Assembly (NCBI RefSeq): GCF_024700885.2
Contig: NZ_CP117016.1
Reading direction: 5' to 3' (one strand)
From: Escherichia coli
GTDB taxonomy: Bacteria; Pseudomonadota; Gammaproteobacteria; Enterobacterales; Enterobacteriaceae
DNA length: 64,000 nucleotides
Below are positions 46,127-54,208 of the stretch, in pieces; the first letter of the stretch is position 1; each line of letters opens with the position of its first letter. A program made the translations under genes and the position numbers. The notes beneath the pieces are model-generated. The model worked only from the letters and a program-made list of their open reading frames with translations, did no database searches and was not told where the DNA came from.

Positions 46127-48571
46127 TTAAAAATCAGCCTGATTCGGGATCAGTTTTTGCCAGATAACTGAAACGTATTTTGCCTGGTAACGGGCGTCAT
46201 CAAGTGCATTATGGCGCTCACCTTCGAATGGAATAGCCGTTCTGGCATCGAAGTCTATGGCTTTCCCCAGCTCAACGATTGTGCGTACATCTCGATCGTT
46301 GTAGTAACGCCACGGGCAGGGGATCCCCTGCCGTTCGTATGAACGGCGCAAAATCGTGTTGTCGAAGTTGGCTCCATTTCCCCAGACCTGAACAAAAAAT
46401 TCACCGGAGTTTTCGTCGATAAATTCCCGCAATTGTAACAGTGCATCATCTAACGGGATTTCATCGGTCATAATGGCAGATTGCGCTTCGCGTGATTGCT
46501 TAAGCCACCATTTAATGGTGTCCCGATCAATGACCCCGCCAGCAGTTTCCAGATCGATAGTCTTACTAAATTCCGGTCCCATATCTCCGGTTTGCGGATC
46601 GAAAAATATTGCACCTATTGAGATGATCGGGGCATCAGGATTTTTTCCCATGGTTTCAAGGTCGATCATTAGATGGTCACACGTCCTGCTGGTGGATGTG
46701 ATAATGTAATGATCGTTCACCGTAATTAAGGGATCTGCCGTCTCGCCAGTTTCACTATCGCTGGCGTGATCCTGAGCGCTGCCAGCATTCTCCTTGTGTG
46801 GATGTTCAGCGCCTTCCATTTCCTTCGGATCATTTTCCTGAACTTCAACCTGATTCTCTTCATCGAATGTTTCCTGGTATGTTGCGTCGCCCATCACCGC
46901 GCCACAATCAGGGCAGTTACCGCCGCCGGTCTGACCGCAGGCGGTGCAGACTTTTTCCACTTCCTGTTGCGCCACTGGTTCAGGCTGTTTCGTTTCTGGC
47001 TCGTTTTGTTGCGTATTTGGGCTGTTTTGTTCCGCTTTCTGGTCGTTCTGTTCCGATTCTTGCTGGTTCTGGTTTACAGAATCGCGGGTTTCAATCCCCT
47101 TTACCCATTTCGGATCATTCGGGTCGCTAATCCCTGCAACAAATTCTCCGCGAGAGGCAGCCAGTAATTTGTCTGCATCGACAGGATTTTTGGGCGGAAT
47201 GTTTTTCCGGGCTTCATAGAGTTCTGCCCGCAGTTTCTGATATTTCGCATCAACAGAATTTACCTGTGACTGAGCATCCAGCGGCTGCGTGTCCTGATGA
47301 TGTTCAGTTGCATCCGGTTCCACTGTTTCAGCCGTTGCCTGTTCATCTGCCATTGCGCAAGATGGTTGCAGTTTTTCTTCATCATCCTGTTTTTCTTCTT
47401 CTGTTACACGCTGCGGCATCGGGGCAGAGGAACGACCGCAGGCAATATCCACGATTTCTGGATCAGGGTTGGCATGATCAGTTTCAGTCAGTACTTTGTT
47501 AAGATATTCAGTGACGTGTGCGGGGATAACCTCGATCCCAATTGGTGCTTCTTTTACGGACGCAACCACGATGGCGCGGGAATAATCCAGCCCGCCAGGC
47601 ATGGTGATGAATTTGTCGCGGAAAACAGAAAAGGGCGGTTTATTTTCAGCGATAATTTCCTCGACACGTTTAGCGTGTGCCGGATGAAGGTTATAAATGT
47701 CCACGTCCATTGAACGAGCCAGTACGCCAGTGGCTACGTCGCGCGCCAGTGACGTCAGATCGTGAACGAAACCTTCGCCGCGATCGGTGAGGTTCCCGCC
47801 GCCAGCATTAGCGCCGGAAGCCGTGCGCGTGATGCGTGAAACACGATTTCCTTTCATCCACTCTTTTGTCAGCAGACCGCGATCGGTGTAGTCTGCGTCC
47901 AGGTATGCTTCGAAAAAAGCAGTCATCAGCCCCAGGCTTGAATTGCCTGGATTAGGGAAAACTCTGTCAGTATCACGCACCAGTTTGTGGAGATCGCGAA
48001 TTTCCAGCGGGTCGAGCAGGCTGGTTTTGTGGGAAACAGCCAGGGCAGTAACAGCTGGTAGTTCTTCAGCTCGTGCAATGTGTAATGCCTGTAGTTCGTT
48101 GCGTGAAACGTGCGTTACCGGTTTTTCGCTGCCGTGTTGAGCAAGCCAGCGAATGGGCAGCTCCTGACCGGAAATCGGGAGTAGCATATTCTCCTCAATC
48201 TCCGTCATGTCTTCGCCATTAACATTGGTATTGTCAGTGCTGGCTGGCTTGTCCTGCGCAGAGGATGAGGGCGCGATAAATACCATTGTGATGCCATCTT
48301 CCCCGCCTTTTTCGTAACGGTTGCAGAATTCCGTATCAAATACGCCTTCTGGTGGAAGGTCATCAACAACGGGCAAATTGACGCGAACAGGTTTTTTAAA
48401 GTCATCTTCATCGTAGCCAGCATCGTCAATCGCAACAGCACCACGATAGATGGCAATGGATAATTTTTTCGCTTCAGCCCAGTAGAAACCGCCTTTAATA
48501 CCGAGACGTTTTCTTACTTTGTCATTTTTTGCTTCGTAATACAGTGGGTAAACTTGTTTATCGGTGCTCAT
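46127..48571 (-). CDS. Large early-region protein (814 aa) with C-terminal DEDDh (DnaQ-like) 3'-5' exonuclease domain
   Basis: C-terminal ~180 aa carry Exo I (MIDLETMG), Exo II ([12 protein letters not shown]) and Exo III (HNALDDARY) motifs; the central segment is highly acidic/low-complexity with a CxxC...CxxC zinc ribbon ([16 protein letters not shown]). Confidence 0.6.
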   Translation of the reverse strand: MSTDKQVYPLYYEAKNDKVRKRLGIKGGFYWAEAKKLSIAIYRGAVAIDDAGYDEDDFKKPVRVNLPVVDDLPPEGVFDTEFCNRYEKGGEDGITMVFIAPSSSAQDKPASTDNTNVNGEDMTEIEENMLLPISGQELPIRWLAQHGSEKPVTHVSRNELQALHIARAEELPAVTALAVSHKTSLLDPLEIRDLHKLVRDTDRVFPNPGNSSLGLMTAFFEAYLDADYTDRGLLTKEWMKGNRVSRITRTASGANAGGGNLTDRGEGFVHDLTSLARDVATGVLARSMDVDIYNLHPAHAKRVEEIIAENKPPFSVFRDKFITMPGGLDYSRAIVVASVKEAPIGIEVIPAHVTEYLNKVLTETDHANPDPEIVDIACGRSSAPMPQRVTEEEKQDDEEKLQPSCAMADEQATAETVEPDATEHHQDTQPLDAQSQVNSVDAKYQKLRAELYEARKNIPPKNPVDADKLLAASRGEFVAGISDPNDPKWVKGIETRDSVNQNQQESEQNDQKAEQNSPNTQQNEPETKQPEPVAQQEVEKVCTACGQTGGGNCPDCGAVMGDATYQETFDEENQVEVQENDPKEMEGAEHPHKENAGSAQDHASDSETGETADPLITVNDHYIITSTSRTCDHLMIDLETMGKNPDAPIISIGAIFFDPQTGDMGPEFSKTIDLETAGGVIDRDTIKWWLKQSREAQSAIMTDEIPLDDALLQLREFIDENSGEFFVQVWGNGANFDNTILRRSYERQGIPCPWRYYNDRDVRTIVELGKAIDFDARTAIPFEGERHNALDDARYQAKYVSVIWQKLIPNQADF

Positions 48572-48670
48572 TGCTTTTTAACCTCAACTCAGATTAAAAT
48601 TAATGCGAGTGATGAATAAATGTCCCAGGTTCTTCACTCAGGCCTGCACAGTGTGCAGGCTTTCTTTTTT

Positions 48671-48946
48671 TCAGATTTCACCTTTTAATTTCATTGCAAT
48701 CAGAGTTGCCAGAAATTCGGCTTTTTTTTCTGCGGGCAGATTCTTTCCTATGTGCACCAGACACATTTTTTTAACACCATCGTTAAGTGTTTTAACGTTG
48801 CCTGTTGAACTGTCGATATCAACCACAGTGAATGGGGTTTCTTTATTTTCTGTTTTAATCACGTAGCCAATACGTTTTCCCTCCAGGATAACTTCGAGCA
48901 CAATGCCATCAGTAGTAACAATGGTGGCTTCATAACTGTTAATCAT
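48671..48946 (-). CDS. Hypothetical phage protein (91 aa)
   Basis: ATG at 48946 preceded by AAGGAG at 6-nt spacing (MINSYEATIVTTDGIVLEVILEGKRIGYV...); the 16-codon upstream extension in the track is rejected. Confidence 0.5.
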   Translation of the reverse strand: MINSYEATIVTTDGIVLEVILEGKRIGYVIKTENKETPFTVVDIDSSTGNVKTLNDGVKKMCLVHIGKNLPAEKKAEFLATLIAMKLKGEI

Positions 48947-49020
48947 GTTTTTCTCCTTAATTAAGGTTGAGCGAATCTCTGCCATTGCTGGCATAAATTC
49001 AGTTTTGAATAGTCAGTTAA

Positions 49021-49308
49021 TTAAAGTTCGTGTGCCATCTGGTATTTTTCGGCGCATTGCTTACAGCAGTATTTATGCTCCTTACGTGCAATAAGGGAAC
49101 CGTGCATATAAATAATTTCAGCGGTAAAGGCTTTTTCAGGTTCAATTTGTTTATTACAGAGCGTATATGCACAGGGAATTAAATCCGGGTCACCCTTTTG
49201 CTGGAGGATTTTTCTGATTCTCCACAGCCATTTTTTAATTCCGGTGTGACTGATGGTCTGCCTGGAGGCAGGCGTAAAACAATAATCAAGCATGGGGTTC
49301 ATATCCAT
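49021..49308 (-). CDS. Hypothetical Cys-rich phage protein (95 aa), possible zinc-binding
   Basis: ORF with clustered cysteines (PCAYTLC, KYCCKQC); same strand and operon context as neighbours. Confidence 0.4.
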   Translation of the reverse strand: MDMNPMLDYCFTPASRQTISHTGIKKWLWRIRKILQQKGDPDLIPCAYTLCNKQIEPEKAFTAEIIYMHGSLIARKEHKYCCKQCAEKYQMAHEL

Positions 49309-49318
49309 AGCTCCATTT

Positions 49319-49873
49319 TTATTTTAAGGAAAGCAACTGCTCTACGGTCATATTTTTAATTGCGCTCCGGTTTACAAGAGTCCAGCCTTGTTGCTCCAGA
49401 TAAAACAGGAAGGTATCCAGGGTGCAGACCATTGCGCCGTCAGGAACGGTTTCAGTGAATTTGATATTGCCGTGTTCGTCGAGACGGATAACCAGGGTGC
49501 GTCCGTCCCCGTGAATCATTTTGTCGGGAGACGGGGCGTTATTCTGGCGCAGTTCAGCTTCCATGCGGTCGAACTCAGCAATGTATGCCTCTTTAAATGC
49601 AGCGGCTTTTTTGCCAGTGAAGCCCATCACCAGGAAAACGAAGCCGTTTTTGGTGATTTGGTACATTGGGAGTTTGCGCCCGGTTGAGTCGGTGTATTCG
49701 CTCGACACAAAATTGTGCTCAGTGAATTTTGCTGAACAGTCCAGATTGCGAATTTTATCCAACACTCGTTCGTGGCGTTTGCCAAAGAACTCGGCGATCG
49801 CAACAGACGTAGTGACAGCGCGACCATTTTCGATGGTTACGTCAGGGTGAGAAAGGGTAAGGATAGTAGCCAT
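49319..49873 (-). CDS. Rha-family phage regulatory protein (184 aa)
   Basis: ATG at 49873 preceded by GGAGG; N-terminal motif VTTSVAIAEFFGKRHERVLDKIRNL and downstream PMYQITKNGFVFLVMGFTGKKAAAFKEAYIAEFDRME match the pRha pattern. The 100-codon upstream extension of the track ORF reads through a terminator hairpin and is rejected. Confidence 0.65.
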   Translation of the reverse strand: MATILTLSHPDVTIENGRAVTTSVAIAEFFGKRHERVLDKIRNLDCSAKFTEHNFVSSEYTDSTGRKLPMYQITKNGFVFLVMGFTGKKAAAFKEAYIAEFDRMEAELRQNNAPSPDKMIHGDGRTLVIRLDEHGNIKFTETVPDGAMVCTLDTFLFYLEQQGWTLVNRSAIKNMTVEQLLSLK

Positions 49874-50042
49874 GATGGCAGCCTCCGCGATGAATTTGAT
49901 TAACTCACCACCGAGGTTTTCCACGACCATAAGGGTGGTGAGACGTACAGGGGTGGAAATACCGGTCATCACGGAACCCGGCCAGCCTTGCGGCTGCCCT
50001 GCACGCCCCACCATAATGCGAATGTGGCTGTGCTTAACGCAT

Positions 50043-50064
50043 AAAAAAACCGCCTGAGCGCGGT
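50043..50064 (-). terminator. Rho-independent terminator downstream of the DicF-like sRNA
   Basis: On the minus strand, aaccgcgctcaggcggtt hairpin followed by TTTTTTT. Confidence 0.55.
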
Positions 50065-50352
50065 TATGCGCCGTGAATGATTTCGGGTTTCCACGCCCGG
50101 CACCCGTTTTATGAGGTGCAGGTGCACTATAATTCCACCCGTTCTGGTTTTCAATAGCTACATTCAACATTTTCTCTACCTTTCATCACCGAAGTGAACT
50201 TTGTTGATGCGGTGCCTGGTGCCTCCAGGTGATGTTAACCAGTTAACAATTAACGCCGGATACAGAGAATCCACCCATAACACTGTTTTTGGTTTTAACT
50301 GTTCCGCGTGCGCTGAGCCGCATTCACCGCATCACAAAATTCACTTTAAAAA

Positions 50353-50405
50353 GGGCGGCAGAGCAGTCACGGAGTAAAACTGATACCGCCAAAAGTCACC
50401 AGAAA
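50353..50405 (-). ncRNA. dicF: DicF-like sRNA (cell-division inhibitor sRNA of Qin-type prophages)
   Basis: Minus-strand 53 nt TTTCTGGTGACTTTTGGCGGTATCAGTTTTACTCCGTGACTGCTCTGCCGCCC differs at one position from the K-12 DicF sequence as I recall it; followed by a T-run. Confidence 0.65.
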
Positions 50406-50737
50406 ATTGATAACAGAGGGCGTTGCAGCGGAGTTGTCACTTAAGCGTATGGTCAACCTGACAACCCGGTGTCCTCAACGGGGGAAGGAATAACCCCGCC
50501 ATACTTACCGCCGCGCCATTTCGCGGAGTGCCACAACCGGAAGCGCACGGTCGAACTAAATTTAACGACACCGTACAGAGAGACCAATTTCGCCGTGCGC
50601 TTTCGCGTTATGCCCTGACTTTTCAGGGACATATCCTTTCAGTAAACTGTCAGTGCCGGATGTTCACCCGTGTCCGGCGCACGCACTCCACCTGACCCGT
50701 GGAGAACTCCTTAATTACCAACCCTCAGGAGGGTGAA

Positions 50738-51016
50738 ATGGATAAAAAGCAAATTGAGGCCCTGCAATCTATTATTGAAAAACAAGATGAAGCTATCAGG
50801 ATTCTTTCATATCGCACTGATATGATACTAAATATGCTTTCTGCATTAACGGCTGCGCTTGGTGGTACAAAAACAAACGTATACCGCGAAGTTGTTATTC
50901 AACAGATAGATAAATTTGAAAAAACCATACCAGGTATTAATGCTCATCTTGCAGAACAAGAGAAAGACCATGCTCTTATGGCAATTTCTTCAGTAGCTCT
51001 CCCGAAAGTTGAGTAG
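50738..51016 (+). CDS. Hypothetical AT-rich cargo protein (92 aa), convergent to the neighbouring minus-strand operon
   Basis: ATG at 50738 preceded by AGGAGG at 6-nt spacing (MDKKQIEALQSIIEKQDEAIRILSYRTDMILNMLSALTAALGG...); local GC is clearly below the flanks; 3' end overlaps the convergent 137-aa gene by 41 nt. Confidence 0.5.
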   Translation: MDKKQIEALQSIIEKQDEAIRILSYRTDMILNMLSALTAALGGTKTNVYREVVIQQIDKFEKTIPGINAHLAEQEKDHALMAISSVALPKVE

Positions 51017-51389
51017 TTTTAATTGTTGTTTTGAAATAATCACTGCTTTCACATTTGAGTGATTTCATGGCAATCCAAATGCGGGCCTCTGTGCCTGCAT
51101 TTGGTTCCAGTTGCTGTAGACGTTTTGCGTCTTCCAAAAGTAAGGCGATAATGTGTTTCAGCTTCTCATCATTTGCTTGATTCTTGTTTTCAGGCGAATT
51201 CTGTCCGCCGAATAGGCGCTTCTCTTCATACAGACCTATAAAGGCACGACGCACGTTACCGGATATAGTATCGATGGTTTCCTTTTCTACAGTACTCAGG
51301 TCAAGAGTCGCCAGTTGAGAGCGAACCACATTCGATGCCATTTCCTGGAATGGTACTGGTAAATCTTTAAATTCCATCGTCAACCTCAT
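50976..51389 (-). CDS. Hypothetical phage protein (137 aa; alternative start at 51377 after GAGG)
   Basis: ORF whose ATG overlaps the stop of the upstream gene (ATGA), suggesting translational coupling. Confidence 0.5.
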   Translation of the reverse strand: MRLTMEFKDLPVPFQEMASNVVRSQLATLDLSTVEKETIDTISGNVRRAFIGLYEEKRLFGGQNSPENKNQANDEKLKHIIALLLEDAKRLQQLEPNAGTEARIWIAMKSLKCESSDYFKTTIKTTQLSGELLKKLP

Positions 51390-51541
51390 CAGTCAGTGTT
51401 TCTGGTTAACCAGCGACGTGCGCCAGCTTCAGTTTTAAACGTTTTGCTTCTGGTATATGTCATCGCGGTAAACGTGCCGTCCTGGTTGGGAAACACGCCG
51501 CATACCAGAGATTCGTTGTTGCCAAGCTCGATAGTATCCAT
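51389..51541 (-). CDS. Small YdfA-like protein (50 aa)
   Basis: ATG at 51541 preceded by GAGG (MDTIELGNNESLVCGVFPNQDGTFTAMTYTRSKTFKTEAGARRWLTRNTD); it is the first gene after the repressor terminator, as ydfA follows dicA in Qin. The track ORF extends 27 codons upstream. Confidence 0.45.
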   Translation of the reverse strand: MDTIELGNNESLVCGVFPNQDGTFTAMTYTRSKTFKTEAGARRWLTRNTD

Positions 51542-51783
51542 GCTGACCTCATTTCCCCTTAACGCCGGGGTAGCGGAACAAAAACCTGCTGCATAGTTAT
51601 TAAAGTTGAACCCTGCCGTCATGTTCTTACGCCTCGGGCTGGCTACTTACCCCCTGACCACTGCTTGGTAACTCGAAGTATTGCCCGGCGTTCTGTGGGG
51701 CGGGGTGGGTTGGTATGTTGTTAAGGTAACAAGAGTTACCTTTCGAGTCAATACAATGTTGCAAAAGGTACATTTGAGGGCAT

Positions 51784-51807
51784 AAAAAACCCGCAATGAA
51801 TGCGGGT
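51784..51807 (-). terminator. Rho-independent terminator immediately after the cI-like repressor gene
   Basis: On the minus strand, acccgcattcattgcgggt hairpin followed by TTTTTTAT, starting 7 nt after the repressor stop. Confidence 0.6.
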
Positions 51808-51813
51808 TCTGAC

Positions 51814-52488
51814 TCAGTCTAAGTATTGATGTATTTGTGAAACTTTACCTTTAATGGTGTAACCACCATTCAGTTCGATGGGTTTGTAAAGCGGATTCAG
51901 TGACAACAGATAGATGTTTGGTCCGTCAATCGCAACTTTTTTTAGTGTTACGTTTGGCGTTCCTTCCAATTGGATTAAGATTATTTTTCCCACCAGTTCT
52001 CTAATGTTACTTGAGCATGGTGTGATCAGCACGGTAGATCCGTCGGGGATGGTTGGGAGGCCGTTAGAGTTTGTCATCGCATCTCCCTCAACATGCAATA
52101 AAAAAGAGTTTTCAGCGGTTTTTGTCATGACATCAACCCAGTTCTTAATACCAGGAATCTTGGTTACTGGACAACTCATATCCCAATAACCAGCCTGTTC
52201 CCACGTTAAAACGGGCAACCGGGCGATGTTGTCACTAATGTAAGGGTACTGATTCAGACGCAGATCATCGGTTTTATCGTGACCGTCCTTTCCATAAAGA
52301 ATCCATTCAGGAGATTTGGAAAGCAATTTTGACAGTAGATACAAATTCTCACCGTCAGGTTTTGAAGAGCCATTTTCCCATTTTGTTACGGATACACGAG
52401 ATATGCCGATTGCTTTCGCAACCTGCTGTTGGGTTAATCCAACGTCTTTTCGACGATTCCGAATACGTTCGCTGATAGTGTTTTTCAT
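51814..52488 (-). CDS. cI: CI-like prophage repressor (HTH_XRE plus S24 LexA-like peptidase domain)
   Basis: N-terminal XRE HTH (GLTQQQVAKAIGISRVSVTKWENG) and C-terminal S24-like domain; divergent from the cro-like gene. Start chosen at ATG 52488 (MKNTISERIR..., 224 aa, no SD, compatible with a leaderless PRM-type transcript); alternative start at 52530. Confidence 0.8.
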   Translation of the reverse strand: MKNTISERIRNRRKDVGLTQQQVAKAIGISRVSVTKWENGSSKPDGENLYLLSKLLSKSPEWILYGKDGHDKTDDLRLNQYPYISDNIARLPVLTWEQAGYWDMSCPVTKIPGIKNWVDVMTKTAENSFLLHVEGDAMTNSNGLPTIPDGSTVLITPCSSNIRELVGKIILIQLEGTPNVTLKKVAIDGPNIYLLSLNPLYKPIELNGGYTIKGKVSQIHQYLD

Positions 52489-52550
52489 GTAACCAATGTT
52501 ACTACCAAGTGATGTTGCTATGGTTGACATTGTTATGTAACTATTGTTAC
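52489..52550. promoter_or_regulatory. Putative operator/divergent-promoter region between cI and cro
   Basis: Two 14-bp inverted repeats of the same form, GTAACCAATGTTAC (52489-52502) and GTAACTATTGTTAC (52537-52550), plus a TTGACA hexamer at 52524-52529. Confidence 0.4.
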
Positions 52551-52579
52551 CCTTCTGCTCGAAATAACAGGAGAGTTTT

Positions 52580-52795
52580 ATGTTCAAAGATGATGTTCTG
52601 CGCTATTTCAAAAAAAAGCGACTAGTAGCTGAGGCTCTTGGAATTTCACATGTGGCTGTTGTGCGGTGGAAAGCAGTTATTCCCAAACTTCGCGCAATGG
52701 AACTGGATGAAATTACTAACGGTGAATTGAAATACAACCCAGAACTTTACAAGAAGCAGGATAGCACCTCGAACGAAGGAAAGAATGATTCATGA
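52580..52795 (+). CDS. cro: Cro-like / YdaS-family HTH regulator (71 aa)
   Basis: Small HTH ORF (RLVAEALGISHVAVVRWKAVIP) divergent from cI; AGGAG RBS; stop overlaps the next gene (ATGA). Confidence 0.7.
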   Translation: MFKDDVLRYFKKKRLVAEALGISHVAVVRWKAVIPKLRAMELDEITNGELKYNPELYKKQDSTSNEGKNDS

Positions 52796-53217
52796 AAATC
52801 AAGCATGAACACATCCGCATGGCGATGAATGCCTGGGCGCATCCGGACGGCGAAAAAGTACCGGCTGCGAAAATTACCAAAGCGTATTTCGAGCTGGGAA
52901 TGACGTTCCCGGAACTGTATGACGACAGCCATCCGGAAGCCCTGGCCCGTAATACCCAGAAAATTTTCCGTTGGCTGGATAAAGACACCCCTGATGCTGT
53001 TGAAAAAATGCAGGCTCTGTTACCGGCGATCGAAAAGGCGATGCCGCCTTTGCTGGTGGCCCGTATGCGCAGCCACAGTTCTGAATATTACCGTGAGATC
53101 GTCGAACGGAGGGATCGGCTGGTGAAGGATGTCGATGATTTTGTTGCGTCAGCGGTTGTTTTGTATGACCAGATGAATCGCGGCGGCCCGGCAGGGAATG
53201 CTGTGGTGATGCACTAA
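52792..53217 (+). CDS. YdaT-family protein (141 aa), CII-position gene
   Basis: Starts MKIKHEHI and ends ...VVMH, like Rac YdaT; translationally coupled to the cro-like gene. Confidence 0.65.
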   Translation: MKIKHEHIRMAMNAWAHPDGEKVPAAKITKAYFELGMTFPELYDDSHPEALARNTQKIFRWLDKDTPDAVEKMQALLPAIEKAMPPLLVARMRSHSSEYYREIVERRDRLVKDVDDFVASAVVLYDQMNRGGPAGNAVVMH

Positions 53218-53239
53218 AAGCACGGTGTTCGGGGGTTTT

Positions 53240-54202
53240 ATGAGCAGCAAGCTTCATGGTCTTGTCTGGGAAGGGTGCGCCTTCACCGGCATGATCTTAT
53301 CCAGGGTGGCGGTTATGGCCCGTCTTGCAGACTACAGCAATGACGAGGGCGTGTCATGGCCTGCCATTGAAACTATCCGGCGTCAGATCGGTGCAAGAAG
53401 TGAATCCACAGTGAAATCGGCTATTGCAGAACTGGCGAAAGAGGGCTGGCTGACGAAGGAAGAGCGTAAGGTCGGTGGGCGTAATGTAAGCAATATCTAT
53501 CGGCTTAATGTGGAAAAACTCGAAGCAGCTGCGGCGGCGGCGCGTGAGTCATATAAACCGAAAAGAAAAATTAGCCCGGCAAAAAATGACCCGTTAACAG
53601 TTGACCCGTCAAATATTGACCCCTCAACGGTTGACCCGTCAAATTTTGATGGATCAACTGTTGATAAAAAACTGCCGATTAGGGGGCCGATGATTGACCC
53701 CGATCCGTCAGTATTAAAACCTGATCCGTCAGATAAAAGATCTTCTTGTCCGGACGCTTCGCAACCGGACCCGCAGACGGCTGAACAGGATTTTTTAACC
53801 CGACACCCTGACGCGGTTGTGTTCAGTGCGAAAAAACGCCAGTGGGGAAGTCAGGAAGATTTGGTGTGCGCACAGTGGATCTGGGGACGAATCGTGAGTC
53901 TTTACGAGCAGGCGGCCAGCTATGATGGCGAGATCACTAGACCGAAAGAACCCAACTGGACAGCATGGGCCAATGACGTTCGCACAATGCGGATGCTGGA
54001 TGGCAGAACTCACAGACAAATTTGTGAAATGTTTGGGCGTCTCCAGCGGGATTCGTTCTGGGTAAAAAACATCATGAGTCCGGCAAAACTCCGGGAAAAA
54101 TGGGATGAACTGGTTATCCGCCTGGGGCGTTCGCCTGCGCAGCGTTGCGTGAATCACATTTCTGAACCGGACACTGAAATACCGCCGGGATTCAGGGGGT
54201 GA
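53240..54202 (+). CDS. Replication initiator (lambda O-like / YdaU-like) containing the putative origin iterons
   Basis: ATG at 53240 preceded by GGGGG; N-terminal winged-helix-like region; iterons lie inside the coding sequence; followed by a DnaC-like gene. Confidence 0.6.
   Translation: MSSKLHGLVWEGCAFTGMILSRVAVMARLADYSNDEGVSWPAIETIRRQIGARSESTVKSAIAELAKEGWLTKEERKVGGRNVSNIYRLNVEKLEAAAAAARESYKPKRKISPAKNDPLTVDPSNIDPSTVDPSNFDGSTVDKKLPIRGPMIDPDPSVLKPDPSDKRSSCPDASQPDPQTAEQDFLTRHPDAVVFSAKKRQWGSQEDLVCAQWIWGRIVSLYEQAASYDGEITRPKEPNWTAWANDVRTMRMLDGRTHRQICEMFGRLQRDSFWVKNIMSPAKLREKWDELVIRLGRSPAQRCVNHISEPDTEIPPGFRG
53586..53726. repeat. Putative phage replication origin: iterons within the O-like gene
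   Basis: Repeated TGACCCGTCAA-type motifs at 53586-53599, 53600-53614, 53616-53629 and 53629-53644, related ATCCGTCAG copies at 53703-53726, and an A-rich stretch at 53661-53671. Confidence 0.5.
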
Positions 54203-54208
54203 CGTGTC

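Noticed and set aside
46473-47713. Several plus-strand ORFs (78-138 aa) antisense to the 814-aa prophage gene
   Set aside because: They lie in the acidic low-complexity segment, where the complementary strand lacks stop codons by composition; no RBS.
49874-50170. 100-codon N-terminal extension of the Rha-family ORF (track start at 50170)
   Set aside because: The extension reads straight through a clear terminator hairpin (50043-50064), is G/R/P/H-rich, and a GGAGG RBS precedes the internal ATG at 49873.
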